A DNA stretch of 64,000 nt from the NCBI GenBank assembly GCA_964384105.1, contig CAYLJV010000005.1, positions 24,576-88,575 on the forward strand, written 5' to 3'. The position numbers and the translations under genes are program-made. The stretch is from Candidatus Hadarchaeota archaeon (GTDB lineage: Archaea; Hadarchaeota; Hadarchaeia; Hadarchaeales; JAGGTB01). Shown in pieces: positions 8,851 through 18,710 of the stretch (positions are counted from its first letter, which is position 1; every line of letters begins with the position of its first letter). Below the pieces are notes generated by a model. That model searched no databases and was not told the origin of the DNA. It saw nothing but the letters and a program-made list of their open reading frames with translations.

Positions 8851-11800
8851 CTGAAAGATTATTTCTCTATTTTGGACGAAGGACTGGAAAAGGCCTATGA
8901 AACTGCTAAAAAGGCTAGAAAGAGAGGATTTGATCCAAAAGATGAACCCGAGATTCCTTTGGCGGAGGATCTCGCTGCTAGGGTAGAGAAGCTGGCTGGA
9001 CCGGAGGGGGTTGCGGAGGCGATTAGAGACCTTGAGAAGGATTACTCCCGAGAGGATCTGACTTTCAAGATCGCAGAGATGATTGTTGACGATGAATTTG
9101 GACACCTTTCCGATAGTGAAGCAGCTGAACAGTCTGTTAGAACTTGTTTGGCTATTATAACTGAGGGGGTTGCTGCCGCTGCACCCATAGAAGGAATAAC
9201 AAAAGTTGATATAAAGGAAAATTTTGATGGTTCCCTCTATCTGGCTATCTATTTCGCGGGTCCTATAAGGTCCGCGGGGGGGACTGCAGCTGCGCTTGCG
9301 GTACTACTGGGAGACTTTGTTAGAAGGAAGATGAATTTGAGTTCCTATGAACCCTCAGATCTTGAAGTGGAGCGATTTGTGGAAGAGGTAAATATCTACG
9401 GGGATACTGTAGGATTACAGTATACGCCAAGAGAAGATGAGGTTAGAGAAGCATATCAGAATATTCCTGTTGAAGTAACGGGTGAACCCACTGAACAGGA
9501 GGTTGTAACTGGGTACAGAAATCTTGAGAGAGTTGAGACAAACAGGGTGAGGGGAGGTGCAGTTCTGGCCATAGCCGAGGGTGTTCTTCAGAAGGCACCA
9601 AAGATATTGAAGCACCTTGATAATTTGGGCTTAGGTGGATGGGAGTGGCTCAGTGATTTGCAGAAGCCCTCTTCGTCTGAGGAAGAGGAGAAGCAGAAGT
9701 ATCCAAAAGGGGATAAATATCTTAAGGACATTATAGCTGGCCGAGCGGTTTTTAGCCATCCTGGTAGACCCGGTGGTTTTAGATTAAGATATGGGCGTGC
9801 TCGCAACACAGGACTTGCTGCCGCGGGTGTTCACCCTGCGACGATGAGGATCTTGGATGATCATATCTCCACTGGTATACAACTGAAGACTGAGCGTCCA
9901 GGGAAAGCGACAGCTGTTTCCCCTGTTGATTCGATCGAAGGTCCTACTGTACTTTTGAAAGATGGTTCAGTAATCCGTTTGGATTCAGCTTCAGTAGCTA
10001 AGGATATCAAAGACGATGTTAAGGAAATATTGTCTCTTGGAGATATTCTCTTTGGTTATGGTGAGTTCTTGGAAAATAATCATCCATTGATGCCTTCCGG
10101 TTATTGCCAGGAGTGGTGGTCTCTAGAGGTCAAAAAAGAACTCAAAAATAAAGACTTCGAAGAAGATTTGGCTCCTTACTTAGAACCCCCCTTCGAAACC
10201 CCCAGTCCAGGACTTGCTTTAGAAGTTTCTAGGAATCTAGATGTTCCTCTTCATCCTGACTTTACTTTCAATTATCACGATTTGGAGATAGAGGAAATTG
10301 AAAGGTTAGGGAACTGGCTGGCTTCTTGTGATGCTAGTTTCGAAGGAGAGATTTTAGGAAATCTTCGCGGCAATCTCGATAAAGACTCTAAGAGAATGTT
10401 GGAGGTTTTGGAAGTTCCCCATGATGTTGAAGGTGATGAGATCATTATTGGGGAGGAGTCGCTTCCCCTCTGTGAAAGTCTGGGCCTTGTTGAGGGTGAA
10501 AATTTAAACTCTAATCGTCTTAGCTCCGCTGTCCGGGAGAATAGTGAGTTAGACACAGTAGATTTATTGAACTTAGTGGCAGGATTTCCGATCAGAGAAA
10601 AGGCTCCCACTCGTATAGGTGCAAGAATGGGCCGTCCCGAGAAAACTAATCCAAGAAAGATGAGTCCTCCCCCGCATGTTTTATTCCCGATAGGGTGGGC
10701 CGGAGGGAATACGAGAAATGTGGGCAAGGCATCCGACAAGGAAAATGTACAGATCGAGGTTGCACATTGCGAGTGTCCTGAATGTGGTGAGGTTACTATT
10801 CTCAACAAATGTCCCAGCTGTGGTACTAGGACAGAGATGACCCGTTATTGCACTAAATGTGAACGACCTTCGAAAGAAGAAAATTGTGTTGCGTGTGGGG
10901 GTCGAGCAACTTTCTATCGTGAAAGAGAAGTGGACCTTAAGTCCTTTTTGAATGACGCACTTGGTAGGTTAGAGGAAGGTATTCCAGGAACTCTTAAGGG
11001 AGTAAAGGGAATGACTAGTGCATATAAACTCCCTGAACCTCTCGAAAAAGGTATTCTCAGATCAAAACATGATGTTTATGTTTTTAAGGATGGGACTATA
11101 AGATTTGATGCTACGGATTTGCCCCTTACACATTTCTACCCTCGTGAGATAGATGTTTCAGTTGAACGACTTAGGGAGATGGGTTATACTGAGGATTATA
11201 GAGGAGACCCTTTGGAAAATGAAAATCAGATCTTGGAGCTGAAGGTTCAAGATATACTTCTATCAAAATCTGCAACGGGCTATCTCTTAAAGACTGCCCA
11301 ATTCGTTGACGATTTGCTAGAGAAGTTTTACGACTTGCCTCCATTCTACAATGCGAATGAGAAGGAGGATTTGATTGGTCATCTCGTGATTGGCCTTGCC
11401 CCTCACACTTCTGCTGGAATAACTGGTAGGATAATTGGATTCTCGGAAGCCAATGTTGGATATGCTCATCCTTACTTTCATGCCGCTAAGAGAAGGAATT
11501 GTTTCAATTATGATCATAGAGTTTTCTTTTACGATGAAAGTGTTGATAAATTTGTGACTAGTAAGGTAGGCGAATTAGTTGAGAATAGGTTTCAAAATAA
11601 GGAGCCAATACCCTTAGATAATTTCGGTACCGAAAAGGTCTGTTCCGATGGTAATCTATATGCTTATGTTTTAGATAGGGAGTCTGGAAAACTTGTTAAG
11701 AAACCGATTAATTGCTTTATTAGAGGAAGGACCGAGAAGTGGGTGAATATTACTACTTCGACTAACAGAGAGCTGAAAGTCACTCCAGGTCATAATATTT

Positions 11801-13782
11801 CTGTTATGGAGGATGGGGAGCTTAGAGTAAAAAAAGCTATTGAGATTAGTGAAGGAGATAGAATCCCTATTTCTTTGAAAACTCCTATTGAGACAAAAAT
11901 AGATAACCTAAACCTAGCTAGAGAACTCTCTACTTTAGAAGAAGAAAAACTTATGCAGATAAGAATAAGAAACGTTGAAGAATTTTTTGTTCAGATTATG
12001 GAGGAAATAGGAAAGAAAAAGCTTTACGAAATCTGTGGAGGTGCGAAGAGCTTTCCAAAAAGTTTGTCGGATTGGTACAAGAGTGTGCCTTTGTTACATT
12101 TCAAGAAGATATGTAGTGAGGGTGTAAGAGATTACGAGGATTTACCTAAAGATGCGAAACTGGGTATTAGACGAGATAGTGTTGCACTCCCCTGTTACAT
12201 TGAAGATATACTTTCATTGTTCTGGCTTTTAGGGATGTATTGTGCAGAAGGCTGGTCTAGATCAACAGAAAGTTCTCATCAGGTCTCTTTTAGAATAGGA
12301 AATGAAAGGTTGAGAGAAAGAGTAAAATCTGCTATAAAAAGCGTTTTTGGACTAGATCCATATGAGAAAAATGGAAAGCTTACATATTCCTCAAAGATAC
12401 TCCGGTTCCTTATTTCGAATGTTTGGAATGCGGGTTCTTCTGCTTACGAGAAAAAAGTTCCAGAAATAGTTTACCATGGCGATGACGAGAAAGTGAAGGC
12501 TTTCCTATCTGCTTATTTTGATGGGGACGGAAGCATTAGTCTTTCCCCCGATAGAGTAACTTTCTATTCAGTTTCGAAGAAGCTTTTGGAGGGAATCTCA
12601 AATCTACTTTTGAGAGTTGATGTATTCTCACGGTATCTAAGAACCGGTTTGAGAGAGCCGGGAAGAACGGTGGCTAGGAAATACAAAAAACGTGGGAAGG
12701 AACCTGTAGAACATCGTTTGTATCATTTAGTATTGACGGGGGAGGATAGGTATAAATTCGCTTCTTATGTCCAACCTGTCTCTGAAAAGAAGCGAGATAG
12801 AGCTTCTAAAATGGCAGAATTTTCACCCGAGAATGCTAAGAGGCTTATAAATTACAAGGGTAAAAATTACGAAGCAACCCCCTCTAGCGATTATACTTTT
12901 GATGTAGTTAAGGGAACTTCGGTATTGAAAACACGGGGTGAAAAAACTTATTGTATTGATGTAGATGGGGAAGAAATATTGGACAAAAATGTTCTCTGGC
13001 ATAATCAACTTGTACAATTACGATGTGATGGCGATGAAGATGCGATAATGTTGCTTCTCGATGGCCTCTTGAATTTCAGTCGTTATTACCTTCCTGAGAC
13101 TCGAGGCGGGAAAATGGATGCTCCGCTTGTTTTAACTCCTCACTTGGACCCTTCTGAAATAGATGACGAGGCACACAATCTCGACGTGGACGAGATTTAT
13201 CCATTGGAATTCTATGAGGCTTCTTTACTTTACGAGAATCCCAGTAAACTATCTTCAAAGATTGGAATTGCCGAGAATAGGTTGGGTACTGAGGAGCAAT
13301 ATAAAAATCTCAGTTTTTCTGAAGCCCATAATCCTACATCTATTTCTGCAGGTCCTACGTCCTGCCGATACAAGTCTTTGGGTCCTATGGAAGAAAAGAC
13401 AGATTCTCAACTTTCCTTAGCAAGAAAAATTCGTGCTGTTGACGAATCTGATGTAGTTGAAAGGTTGATCGAGAACCATTTTATTCCAGATCTAAAAGGT
13501 AATCTCAGAGCTTTCTCTCGTCAAAAGTTCCGTTGCGCTTCGTGTAATTCAAAATACAGGCGGGTTCCTCTTACTGGTAAGTGTACTAATTGTGGTGAGA
13601 ATTTGATCTTGACGGTCACTAAGGGAGGAGTAGAGAAGTATATAGATGTAGCTAGAAGGGTTGCTGGAGAATATGGGGCCTCTCAGTATACTAAACAGAG
13701 GCTGAGACTAGTCGAAGAGGAGATCGAGTCCGTCTTTGTCAGTGATATAAAAGAGCAGCTGAGTCTGGCAGATTTTGTATAG
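8851..13782 (+). CDS. polC: DNA polymerase D large subunit DP2 with intein; start probably CTG 8851 (ORF track uses TTG 8872)
   Basis: AGPIRSAGGT, GGFRLRYGR, GARMGRPEK, HAAKRRN-[intein]-CDGDED and C-terminal Zn fingers. Confidence 0.95.
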   Translation: MKDYFSILDEGLEKAYETAKKARKRGFDPKDEPEIPLAEDLAARVEKLAGPEGVAEAIRDLEKDYSREDLTFKIAEMIVDDEFGHLSDSEAAEQSVRTCLAIITEGVAAAAPIEGITKVDIKENFDGSLYLAIYFAGPIRSAGGTAAALAVLLGDFVRRKMNLSSYEPSDLEVERFVEEVNIYGDTVGLQYTPREDEVREAYQNIPVEVTGEPTEQEVVTGYRNLERVETNRVRGGAVLAIAEGVLQKAPKILKHLDNLGLGGWEWLSDLQKPSSSEEEEKQKYPKGDKYLKDIIAGRAVFSHPGRPGGFRLRYGRARNTGLAAAGVHPATMRILDDHISTGIQLKTERPGKATAVSPVDSIEGPTVLLKDGSVIRLDSASVAKDIKDDVKEILSLGDILFGYGEFLENNHPLMPSGYCQEWWSLEVKKELKNKDFEEDLAPYLEPPFETPSPGLALEVSRNLDVPLHPDFTFNYHDLEIEEIERLGNWLASCDASFEGEILGNLRGNLDKDSKRMLEVLEVPHDVEGDEIIIGEESLPLCESLGLVEGENLNSNRLSSAVRENSELDTVDLLNLVAGFPIREKAPTRIGARMGRPEKTNPRKMSPPPHVLFPIGWAGGNTRNVGKASDKENVQIEVAHCECPECGEVTILNKCPSCGTRTEMTRYCTKCERPSKEENCVACGGRATFYREREVDLKSFLNDALGRLEEGIPGTLKGVKGMTSAYKLPEPLEKGILRSKHDVYVFKDGTIRFDATDLPLTHFYPREIDVSVERLREMGYTEDYRGDPLENENQILELKVQDILLSKSATGYLLKTAQFVDDLLEKFYDLPPFYNANEKEDLIGHLVIGLAPHTSAGITGRIIGFSEANVGYAHPYFHAAKRRNCFNYDHRVFFYDESVDKFVTSKVGELVENRFQNKEPIPLDNFGTEKVCSDGNLYAYVLDRESGKLVKKPINCFIRGRTEKWVNITTSTNRELKVTPGHNISVMEDGELRVKKAIEISEGDRIPISLKTPIETKIDNLNLARELSTLEEEKLMQIRIRNVEEFFVQIMEEIGKKKLYEICGGAKSFPKSLSDWYKSVPLLHFKKICSEGVRDYEDLPKDAKLGIRRDSVALPCYIEDILSLFWLLGMYCAEGWSRSTESSHQVSFRIGNERLRERVKSAIKSVFGLDPYEKNGKLTYSSKILRFLISNVWNAGSSAYEKKVPEIVYHGDDEKVKAFLSAYFDGDGSISLSPDRVTFYSVSKKLLEGISNLLLRVDVFSRYLRTGLREPGRTVARKYKKRGKEPVEHRLYHLVLTGEDRYKFASYVQPVSEKKRDRASKMAEFSPENAKRLINYKGKNYEATPSSDYTFDVVKGTSVLKTRGEKTYCIDVDGEEILDKNVLWHNQLVQLRCDGDEDAIMLLLDGLLNFSRYYLPETRGGKMDAPLVLTPHLDPSEIDDEAHNLDVDEIYPLEFYEASLLYENPSKLSSKIGIAENRLGTEEQYKNLSFSEAHNPTSISAGPTSCRYKSLGPMEEKTDSQLSLARKIRAVDESDVVERLIENHFIPDLKGNLRAFSRQKFRCASCNSKYRRVPLTGKCTNCGENLILTVTKGGVEKYIDVARRVAGEYGASQYTKQRLRLVEEEIESVFVSDIKEQLSLADFV
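11500..13023 (+). mobile_element. 508-aa intein with LAGLIDADG homing endonuclease in DP2
   Basis: Inserted at the conserved RRN/CDGDED site. Starts CFNYDH, has block B VTPGH, LAGLIDADG helices LLGMYCAEG and FLSAYFDGDG, block F TYCIDV, and ends ...QLVQLR. Confidence 0.93.
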
Positions 13783-13806
13783 TTTGTTACACCCATAACA
13801 AAAAAT
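13783..13806. repeat. 24-bp palindromic element TTTGTTA-CACCCA-TAACAAAAAAT, copy 1
   Basis: Identical to 54937-54960. Confidence 0.85.
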
Positions 13807-13869
13807 TCTCATTGTTTTCTCGAGGTTTTGATAGTTGAAATTTATAATCTCTGGACAATACCAATAGAA

Positions 13870-15339
13870 ATGATGAGGTACGAGAGCACTAGAAAGAATT
13901 ACAGAAAGGTTGCCTCTTCGGAAGCAGTCCAGTTAGGTATGGTTCCGACAGGTGGTCTTTTTGTCCCTGAGGAGCTCCCTGAACTCTCTGAAAAGGAACT
14001 CGAGGGGATGTTGGATGAGAGCTATCAGGAAAGAGCTTTTAGAATATTGAGAAAGTTTTTAACTGATTTTCCAATAGAGACTCTAAGGGAGATAGTTCTC
14101 AATTCTTATGGGCAAAATTTTGATTCAGAGGAAATAGCTCCAATAGCGAAGCTTGACAAAGAAGTCTATCTTTTAGAGCTTTGGCATGGACCAACGGCGG
14201 CTTTTAAGGATTTAGCTCTTCAATTTATGCCCCGCTTGCTTTCTAAAGCGATAGATAGAGAGACCGTTATTCTTGTGGCTACTTCAGGTGATACGGGCAA
14301 GGCCGCCTTGGAGGGTTTTAAAGACGTAGAAGGTACGAAAATCATAGTTTTCTATCCAAAAGATGGCGTTAGTAAAATGCAGGAGCTTCAGATGGTCACT
14401 ACAGGAGGTGGAAACACAGCAGTTGTGGCTCTTGAAGGGAACTTTGACGATTGTCAAAACGGAGTAAAGGAGATATTTTCTGATCAAGAATTTAAGAAAC
14501 AGTTTGATCAAGCTTTCTCTTCTGCAAATTCTATAAATTGGGGGCGACTGGCTCCACAAATAGTTTACTGGTTTTCAGCTTATTCAGATCTTTGTAATGA
14601 GGGAGAGATAGATTTCGGAGAGAAGATAGACATAATTGTGCCTACTGGGAACTTTGGTAACATCCTCTCTTCTTACTACGCCTACCGGATGGGTCTCCCT
14701 GTGGATAATTTTGTGTGTGCATCTAATGAAAATAATATATTAACGGACTTCCTAAGAACGGGAGTTTATGATACTTCTAGAGAATTTAAAAAGACTATAA
14801 GTCCAGCAATGGATATTCTTATCTCTTCTAATCTTGAACGTTTTCTCTTCCATGTTTCAAACGGTAGTGCAGAAAAGATTAGAGGATGGTACGAAGATCT
14901 TGATGAAAGAGGAAAGTTTGTAGTTGATAAGAGAGTCAAAGAAAAGATAAATGGCTTTTTTTATGGTGAGTACGCGACCCAGAGAGAAACATTAGAAACT
15001 ATCTCGGATACTTTCGAAGAGTACGATTATCTTTTGGATCCTCACACTGCAGTTGGAGTCAAATGCTACTATAAGTACAGAGAGAAACTCGATAACAATA
15101 AGAAGGCTTTAGTCGCTTCTACGGCAAATCCCTTTAAGTTCGCGCCTGCTGTTTTGAGGGCCTTGACTGGAGAAGAGCATGAAAAGGATGTTTTTGAAAC
15201 TTTGGAAAGATTGAAGGAAATAACCGGCTTGGAGATACATAGAGGTTTAAAAGATTTGAAAAATAAGAGTATCGAACATTGCTATACCAGTACTAAAAGT
15301 GGCATTAGAGAAACAATCAGAGAAGTACTCTCAAAATAA
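13870..15339 (+). CDS. thrC: Threonine synthase, long bacterial-type form
   Basis: YESTR, GGLFVP, LELWHGPTAAFKD (PLP lysine), ATSGDTG, SANSINWGRL, PTGNFGN. Confidence 0.93.
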   Translation: MMRYESTRKNYRKVASSEAVQLGMVPTGGLFVPEELPELSEKELEGMLDESYQERAFRILRKFLTDFPIETLREIVLNSYGQNFDSEEIAPIAKLDKEVYLLELWHGPTAAFKDLALQFMPRLLSKAIDRETVILVATSGDTGKAALEGFKDVEGTKIIVFYPKDGVSKMQELQMVTTGGGNTAVVALEGNFDDCQNGVKEIFSDQEFKKQFDQAFSSANSINWGRLAPQIVYWFSAYSDLCNEGEIDFGEKIDIIVPTGNFGNILSSYYAYRMGLPVDNFVCASNENNILTDFLRTGVYDTSREFKKTISPAMDILISSNLERFLFHVSNGSAEKIRGWYEDLDERGKFVVDKRVKEKINGFFYGEYATQRETLETISDTFEEYDYLLDPHTAVGVKCYYKYREKLDNNKKALVASTANPFKFAPAVLRALTGEEHEKDVFETLERLKEITGLEIHRGLKDLKNKSIEHCYTSTKSGIRETIREVLSK

Positions 15340-15345
15340 CGGCTA

Positions 15346-16065
15346 TTATTTTTCTTGGAAAGATATTCCTTCCTTTGTGGCACTTGCTTCCAATAAATAA
15401 GTCAATAAATCTTCGAAGCCATCCCAATTTTCAGAAGATACGAAAGGAAATACTGTAGAACGAGACACTTCTGATATCATATCTGCTATGTCTATATTCA
15501 TCTGGACCCCCATCTTAAAGTTTCCAGTCTCTCTTATCATTCGAGGATCGGTCATTAGTCTCTCTAGTTCTTCAATATTGTTCTCACTCATCAAATCTAC
15601 TTTATTTATCACTCGGACTACGGGTTTCTCCATAGAATATTCAGCTGCTAGTGAGTACAAGTACTGACTGGGGTAAGTTCGAGTAGGCGCGGTACCGTCG
15701 AAAAGGTATACGACTTGATCTGAGTAGTCTCTAATCACTTGAGATGCATCTCTGAAAACGAACGGATCGAGTTGACCAGGTGTGTCGATTAGAACAAAGT
15801 CGTCTTCGTAGATTGGGAGATCCAAGTTTATTAGCATGTCAACAGATTTTATTGTGGCTCCGTTTGGCCCCAATCCCTCTTCTTTCATTATTTCCTGTAG
15901 TGTATAGTAGTCTCTTACGTCAAAATCTGGCTCATAGGGAAGGTCAATTACACCGGAGTCGAGGTTAATTATCCTAATGGAATAATTTTTCTGTAAATAT
16001 TCTGCGAACGAGGCAGTCATTAGTGTCTTTCCTGCTCCAGCTGGACCCATAATAAGTATGTTCAT
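15346..16065 (-). CDS. GPN-loop GTPase
   Basis: GPAGAGKT, LGPNGA, DTPGQ, NKVD. Confidence 0.9.
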   Translation of the reverse strand: MNILIMGPAGAGKTLMTASFAEYLQKNYSIRIINLDSGVIDLPYEPDFDVRDYYTLQEIMKEEGLGPNGATIKSVDMLINLDLPIYEDDFVLIDTPGQLDPFVFRDASQVIRDYSDQVVYLFDGTAPTRTYPSQYLYSLAAEYSMEKPVVRVINKVDLMSENNIEELERLMTDPRMIRETGNFKMGVQMNIDIADMISEVSRSTVFPFVSSENWDGFEDLLTYLLEASATKEGISFQEK

Positions 16066-16101
16066 AGTATCATTCTCTTATCATGTTTCTTTTCTTTGAA
16101 T

Positions 16102-16533
16102 TTATACTCCGGTGGAACCAAAGCCACCTTCTCCTCTATCTGTGTTATCTAACTTTCCTAAGGATATTTTTGGATGTTCTACTCTTGCAAAAACCATTTG
16201 AGCTATTCGGTCTCCCCTCTTTATTGAAATTGTTTCTCCTAGTAAATTTGCTAGTATTACTTTTACTTCACCCCGATATCCTGAGTCTATGGTTCCTGGA
16301 GAGTTCAGTACGGTCAATCCAGACAATGAAAGGCCACTTCTTGGCCGAACTTGGGCTTCTATACCTTCAGGGATTTTCATTCTCAGTCCTGTTGATACCG
16401 CTTTTACCTCTCCCCTTTCTATATTAGTTTCTTCTGAGGAAAAGAGATCGTATCCTGAATCCCCTTTATGTTGACGTTCAGGTAGCTTTGCGTTTTTATC
16501 AATTTTTTCGAAGATAACTTCTTGTTTGGGCAT
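16102..16533 (-). CDS. dut: Trimeric dUTPase
   Basis: [38 protein letters not shown] at 16533 follows a GAGGAG SD. Confidence 0.95.
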   Translation of the reverse strand: MPKQEVIFEKIDKNAKLPERQHKGDSGYDLFSSEETNIERGEVKAVSTGLRMKIPEGIEAQVRPRSGLSLSGLTVLNSPGTIDSGYRGEVKVILANLLGETISIKRGDRIAQMVFARVEHPKISLGKLDNTDRGEGGFGSTGV

Positions 16534-16654
16534 ATTACACTCCTCTTTGAACCTGTTTTCGTATTTGGTTTTAAGGTGATTCTTTTTAGTATTGATCAAA
16601 ACTTTTATGACTTGTCAGCTTTATTAGCTAATTTTCTTTATTTAAGATTAATAA

Positions 16655-16743
16655 GCCGGGGTGGCAGAATCTGGCTAATGCGCCGGCCTCGAGAGCCGGT
16701 GGCCTTCGTGGCCATCTGGGTTCAAATCCCAGCCCCGGCGCCA
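16655..16743 (+). tRNA. tRNA-Ser(CGA), long variable arm, CCA encoded
   Basis: Acceptor stem GCCGGGG/CCCCGGC, anticodon arm CCGGC-CTCGAGA-GCCGG, GGTTCAAATCC T-arm, discriminator G then CCA. Confidence 0.95.
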
Positions 16744-16748
16744 TTTTT
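16727..16748 (+). repeat. attL (tRNA 3' end)
   Basis: Exact match to 26309-26330. Confidence 0.92.
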
Positions 16749-16789
16749 GCCCGTAAATTTATTAGTGTTATCTTACATAATTTTACTCG

Positions 16790-17308
16790 ATGTCTAAGAC
16801 GGACACGATAAAGCAGAGACGTGTGGACGTTTATCTCGATTCTCTTGAGAGGAAGAAGGAGCTGAAGGAAATAGCCGAGGAGGAGGATATTTCTCTTTCT
16901 AAGTTCATTCAGCGTTGTATTGAGTATGCGATGGATCAGGGAGGGCCGGATCTTACTGAAACTGGCGCAGCAAAAAAGAAAGTTGAGAGTTTAGAGGAGG
17001 AGGTTTCTGAGCTTCGGAGGAAGTTGGAGCGGAAGGATAAGGTTATCGAGCGGCTTGAGGATGAGTTGAGGAAGTATAGGTTGGAAAAGTTTTCTGGGGA
17101 GGAGTTTGAGGGTGTTAGGGAGTTTGATGAGGAGTTGGTGGAGGTTTTGAAGGAGGATGGTTGGCATAATGATGAGGAGATTTTGAGGAGGCTTGATGTT
17201 GATCCTAAGAATTCTGATCTGGTTTCTGCTGTGAGGAGGCAGTTGGAACAGCTTGAGAATTATGGTTTGGTTAGATCGGGTAAGATGGGTTGGAGGTGGG
17301 AGGGATGA
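16790..17308 (+). CDS. RHH + coiled-coil + wHTH protein, integrase-associated
   Basis: RVDVYL...ISLSKFIQRCIE (RHH-like), a heptad coil, and a C-terminal wHTH ending LENYGLV...GWRW. ATGA overlap with the integrase. Confidence 0.65.
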   Translation: MSKTDTIKQRRVDVYLDSLERKKELKEIAEEEDISLSKFIQRCIEYAMDQGGPDLTETGAAKKKVESLEEEVSELRRKLERKDKVIERLEDELRKYRLEKFSGEEFEGVREFDEELVEVLKEDGWHNDEEILRRLDVDPKNSDLVSAVRRQLEQLENYGLVRSGKMGWRWEG

Positions 17309-18276
17309 AGGCTGAATATAAAATCTCTGAAGGTGGGGAGGCTGGTTCTGATTTGATTGAAGGTTTTTTGAAGGATTTGGAGGTTCAGGGAAAGAGTGAA
17401 GGGACGGTTAGGGATTATAGGACTTATGTTTCTAGGTTTGCAGAGTTTCTTGAAGAGGAGGATTCTGTTTCTTTTGAGGAGGTTGGGACTGGGTGTTTGA
17501 GGGATTTTATTGGTTATCTTCGTGAGGAGCGGGGTCTTTCTGAGAAGACTATTGGTAATTATTTTTCTGGTCTTTCGAGTTTTTACGAGTATTTGAAGTT
17601 TGAGGGTTTGGTTGATGGTAATCCTGTTTTACCGGTGAGGAAGCGTTACGTTAAGGTTTCTAACGGTAATTCTGGCGGTTCTAAGAGGCAGTTGATTTCT
17701 GTGGAGGAGATGGCTATGCTTGTGAACAGTATTTTGAATTCTAGGGATCGAGCGTTGGTTGTGCTTTTGGCTAAGACCGGTGTTAGGCGGAATGAGTTGT
17801 CGGCTATTGATGTTTCTGATATTGATTTGGAAGATCAGTCTATTCGGCTTAAGGAGAAGTTTAGGGAGGGTAAGCGTTCGAATTTGACTGTGTTTTTCGA
17901 TGATGAATGTGCTAGGGTTTTGAGGAGATGGTTGGATGAGAGGGGGGAGTGGTTGAAGGAGGAGGATACGGATGCTTTATTCTTGAATAATTATGGTACT
18001 AGGTTGAAACGTCATGGGATTCAGTATGCGGTTAGGAAACATGCGGAGCGAGTAGGATTACATGACCCGGATAGTGATGATTTGAAGGATAAATTCACTG
18101 CTCATTGTTGTAGACATTGGTTCACTACTCATTTGCGTAGGAATGGTATGCCTAGGGAGCATATTAAGGAGCTTCGAGGAGATTCGAGGGGTGAGGCGAT
18201 GGATATTTATCATCATATTGATAAGAAGGAGCTTAGAGAGTCTTATTTGGCTCATATTCCTAGTTTGGGTCTTTGA
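17305..18276 (+). CDS. Tyrosine recombinase/integrase
   Basis: N-terminal SAM-like domain; catalytic motifs TGVRRNE, HCCRH, LRGD and DIY. Confidence 0.93.
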   Translation: MKAEYKISEGGEAGSDLIEGFLKDLEVQGKSEGTVRDYRTYVSRFAEFLEEEDSVSFEEVGTGCLRDFIGYLREERGLSEKTIGNYFSGLSSFYEYLKFEGLVDGNPVLPVRKRYVKVSNGNSGGSKRQLISVEEMAMLVNSILNSRDRALVVLLAKTGVRRNELSAIDVSDIDLEDQSIRLKEKFREGKRSNLTVFFDDECARVLRRWLDERGEWLKEEDTDALFLNNYGTRLKRHGIQYAVRKHAERVGLHDPDSDDLKDKFTAHCCRHWFTTHLRRNGMPREHIKELRGDSRGEAMDIYHHIDKKELRESYLAHIPSLGL

Positions 18277-18293
18277 ATTTCTTTTCCGGATTT

Positions 18294-18710
18294 TTATTTG
18301 ATGTTTAGGTGTTTGATGAGTTCAGATGTTTTCCAGGCGTTTACTTTTTCTTGTTTTTGGAAGTGTTTGTCGTCTGACCATATGTCTGCGTCTAGGTGTA
18401 GGGCTAGGGCTAGAAATGGTACGTCGTCTGGGTCGATTTCTCCGATGATTTTTTCGGCTTGGGGTAGTGGGTTTTTGAATTCTGGTTTTGGTGTGATGTT
18501 GATTTGTTCGAGGATTATGTTGAGTAATAGTTGTAGGTCGGGTTTGTCTAGTTTTGTCTTGTTCTTGATTTCGTTTTGATGATTTTTGAGTTCGGTGAAG
18601 GTGTATTCTGGGGCGTGTAGGTTTTGATTGTCTGTTATGATGATTTTTCTTGTTTTCCCTCCGGCTATTAGGGCTGAGAAGAGGATGTTTGTGTCTATGA
18701 CTAGTTTCAT
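18294..18710 (-). CDS. vapC: PIN-domain toxin (VapC-like)
   Basis: MKLVIDTNILFSALI...DPDDVPFLALA...IWSDDKH. The true start is 18710, overlapping the antitoxin stop. Confidence 0.88.
   Translation of the reverse strand: MKLVIDTNILFSALIAGGKTRKIIITDNQNLHAPEYTFTELKNHQNEIKNKTKLDKPDLQLLLNIILEQINITPKPEFKNPLPQAEKIIGEIDPDDVPFLALALHLDADIWSDDKHFQKQEKVNAWKTSELIKHLNIK

Noticed and set aside
13000-13008. HN(Q) as the true intein C-terminus
   Set aside because: The +1 residue would be Gln or Leu, with no nucleophile, and extra residues would remain in the RRN-CDGD catalytic motif.
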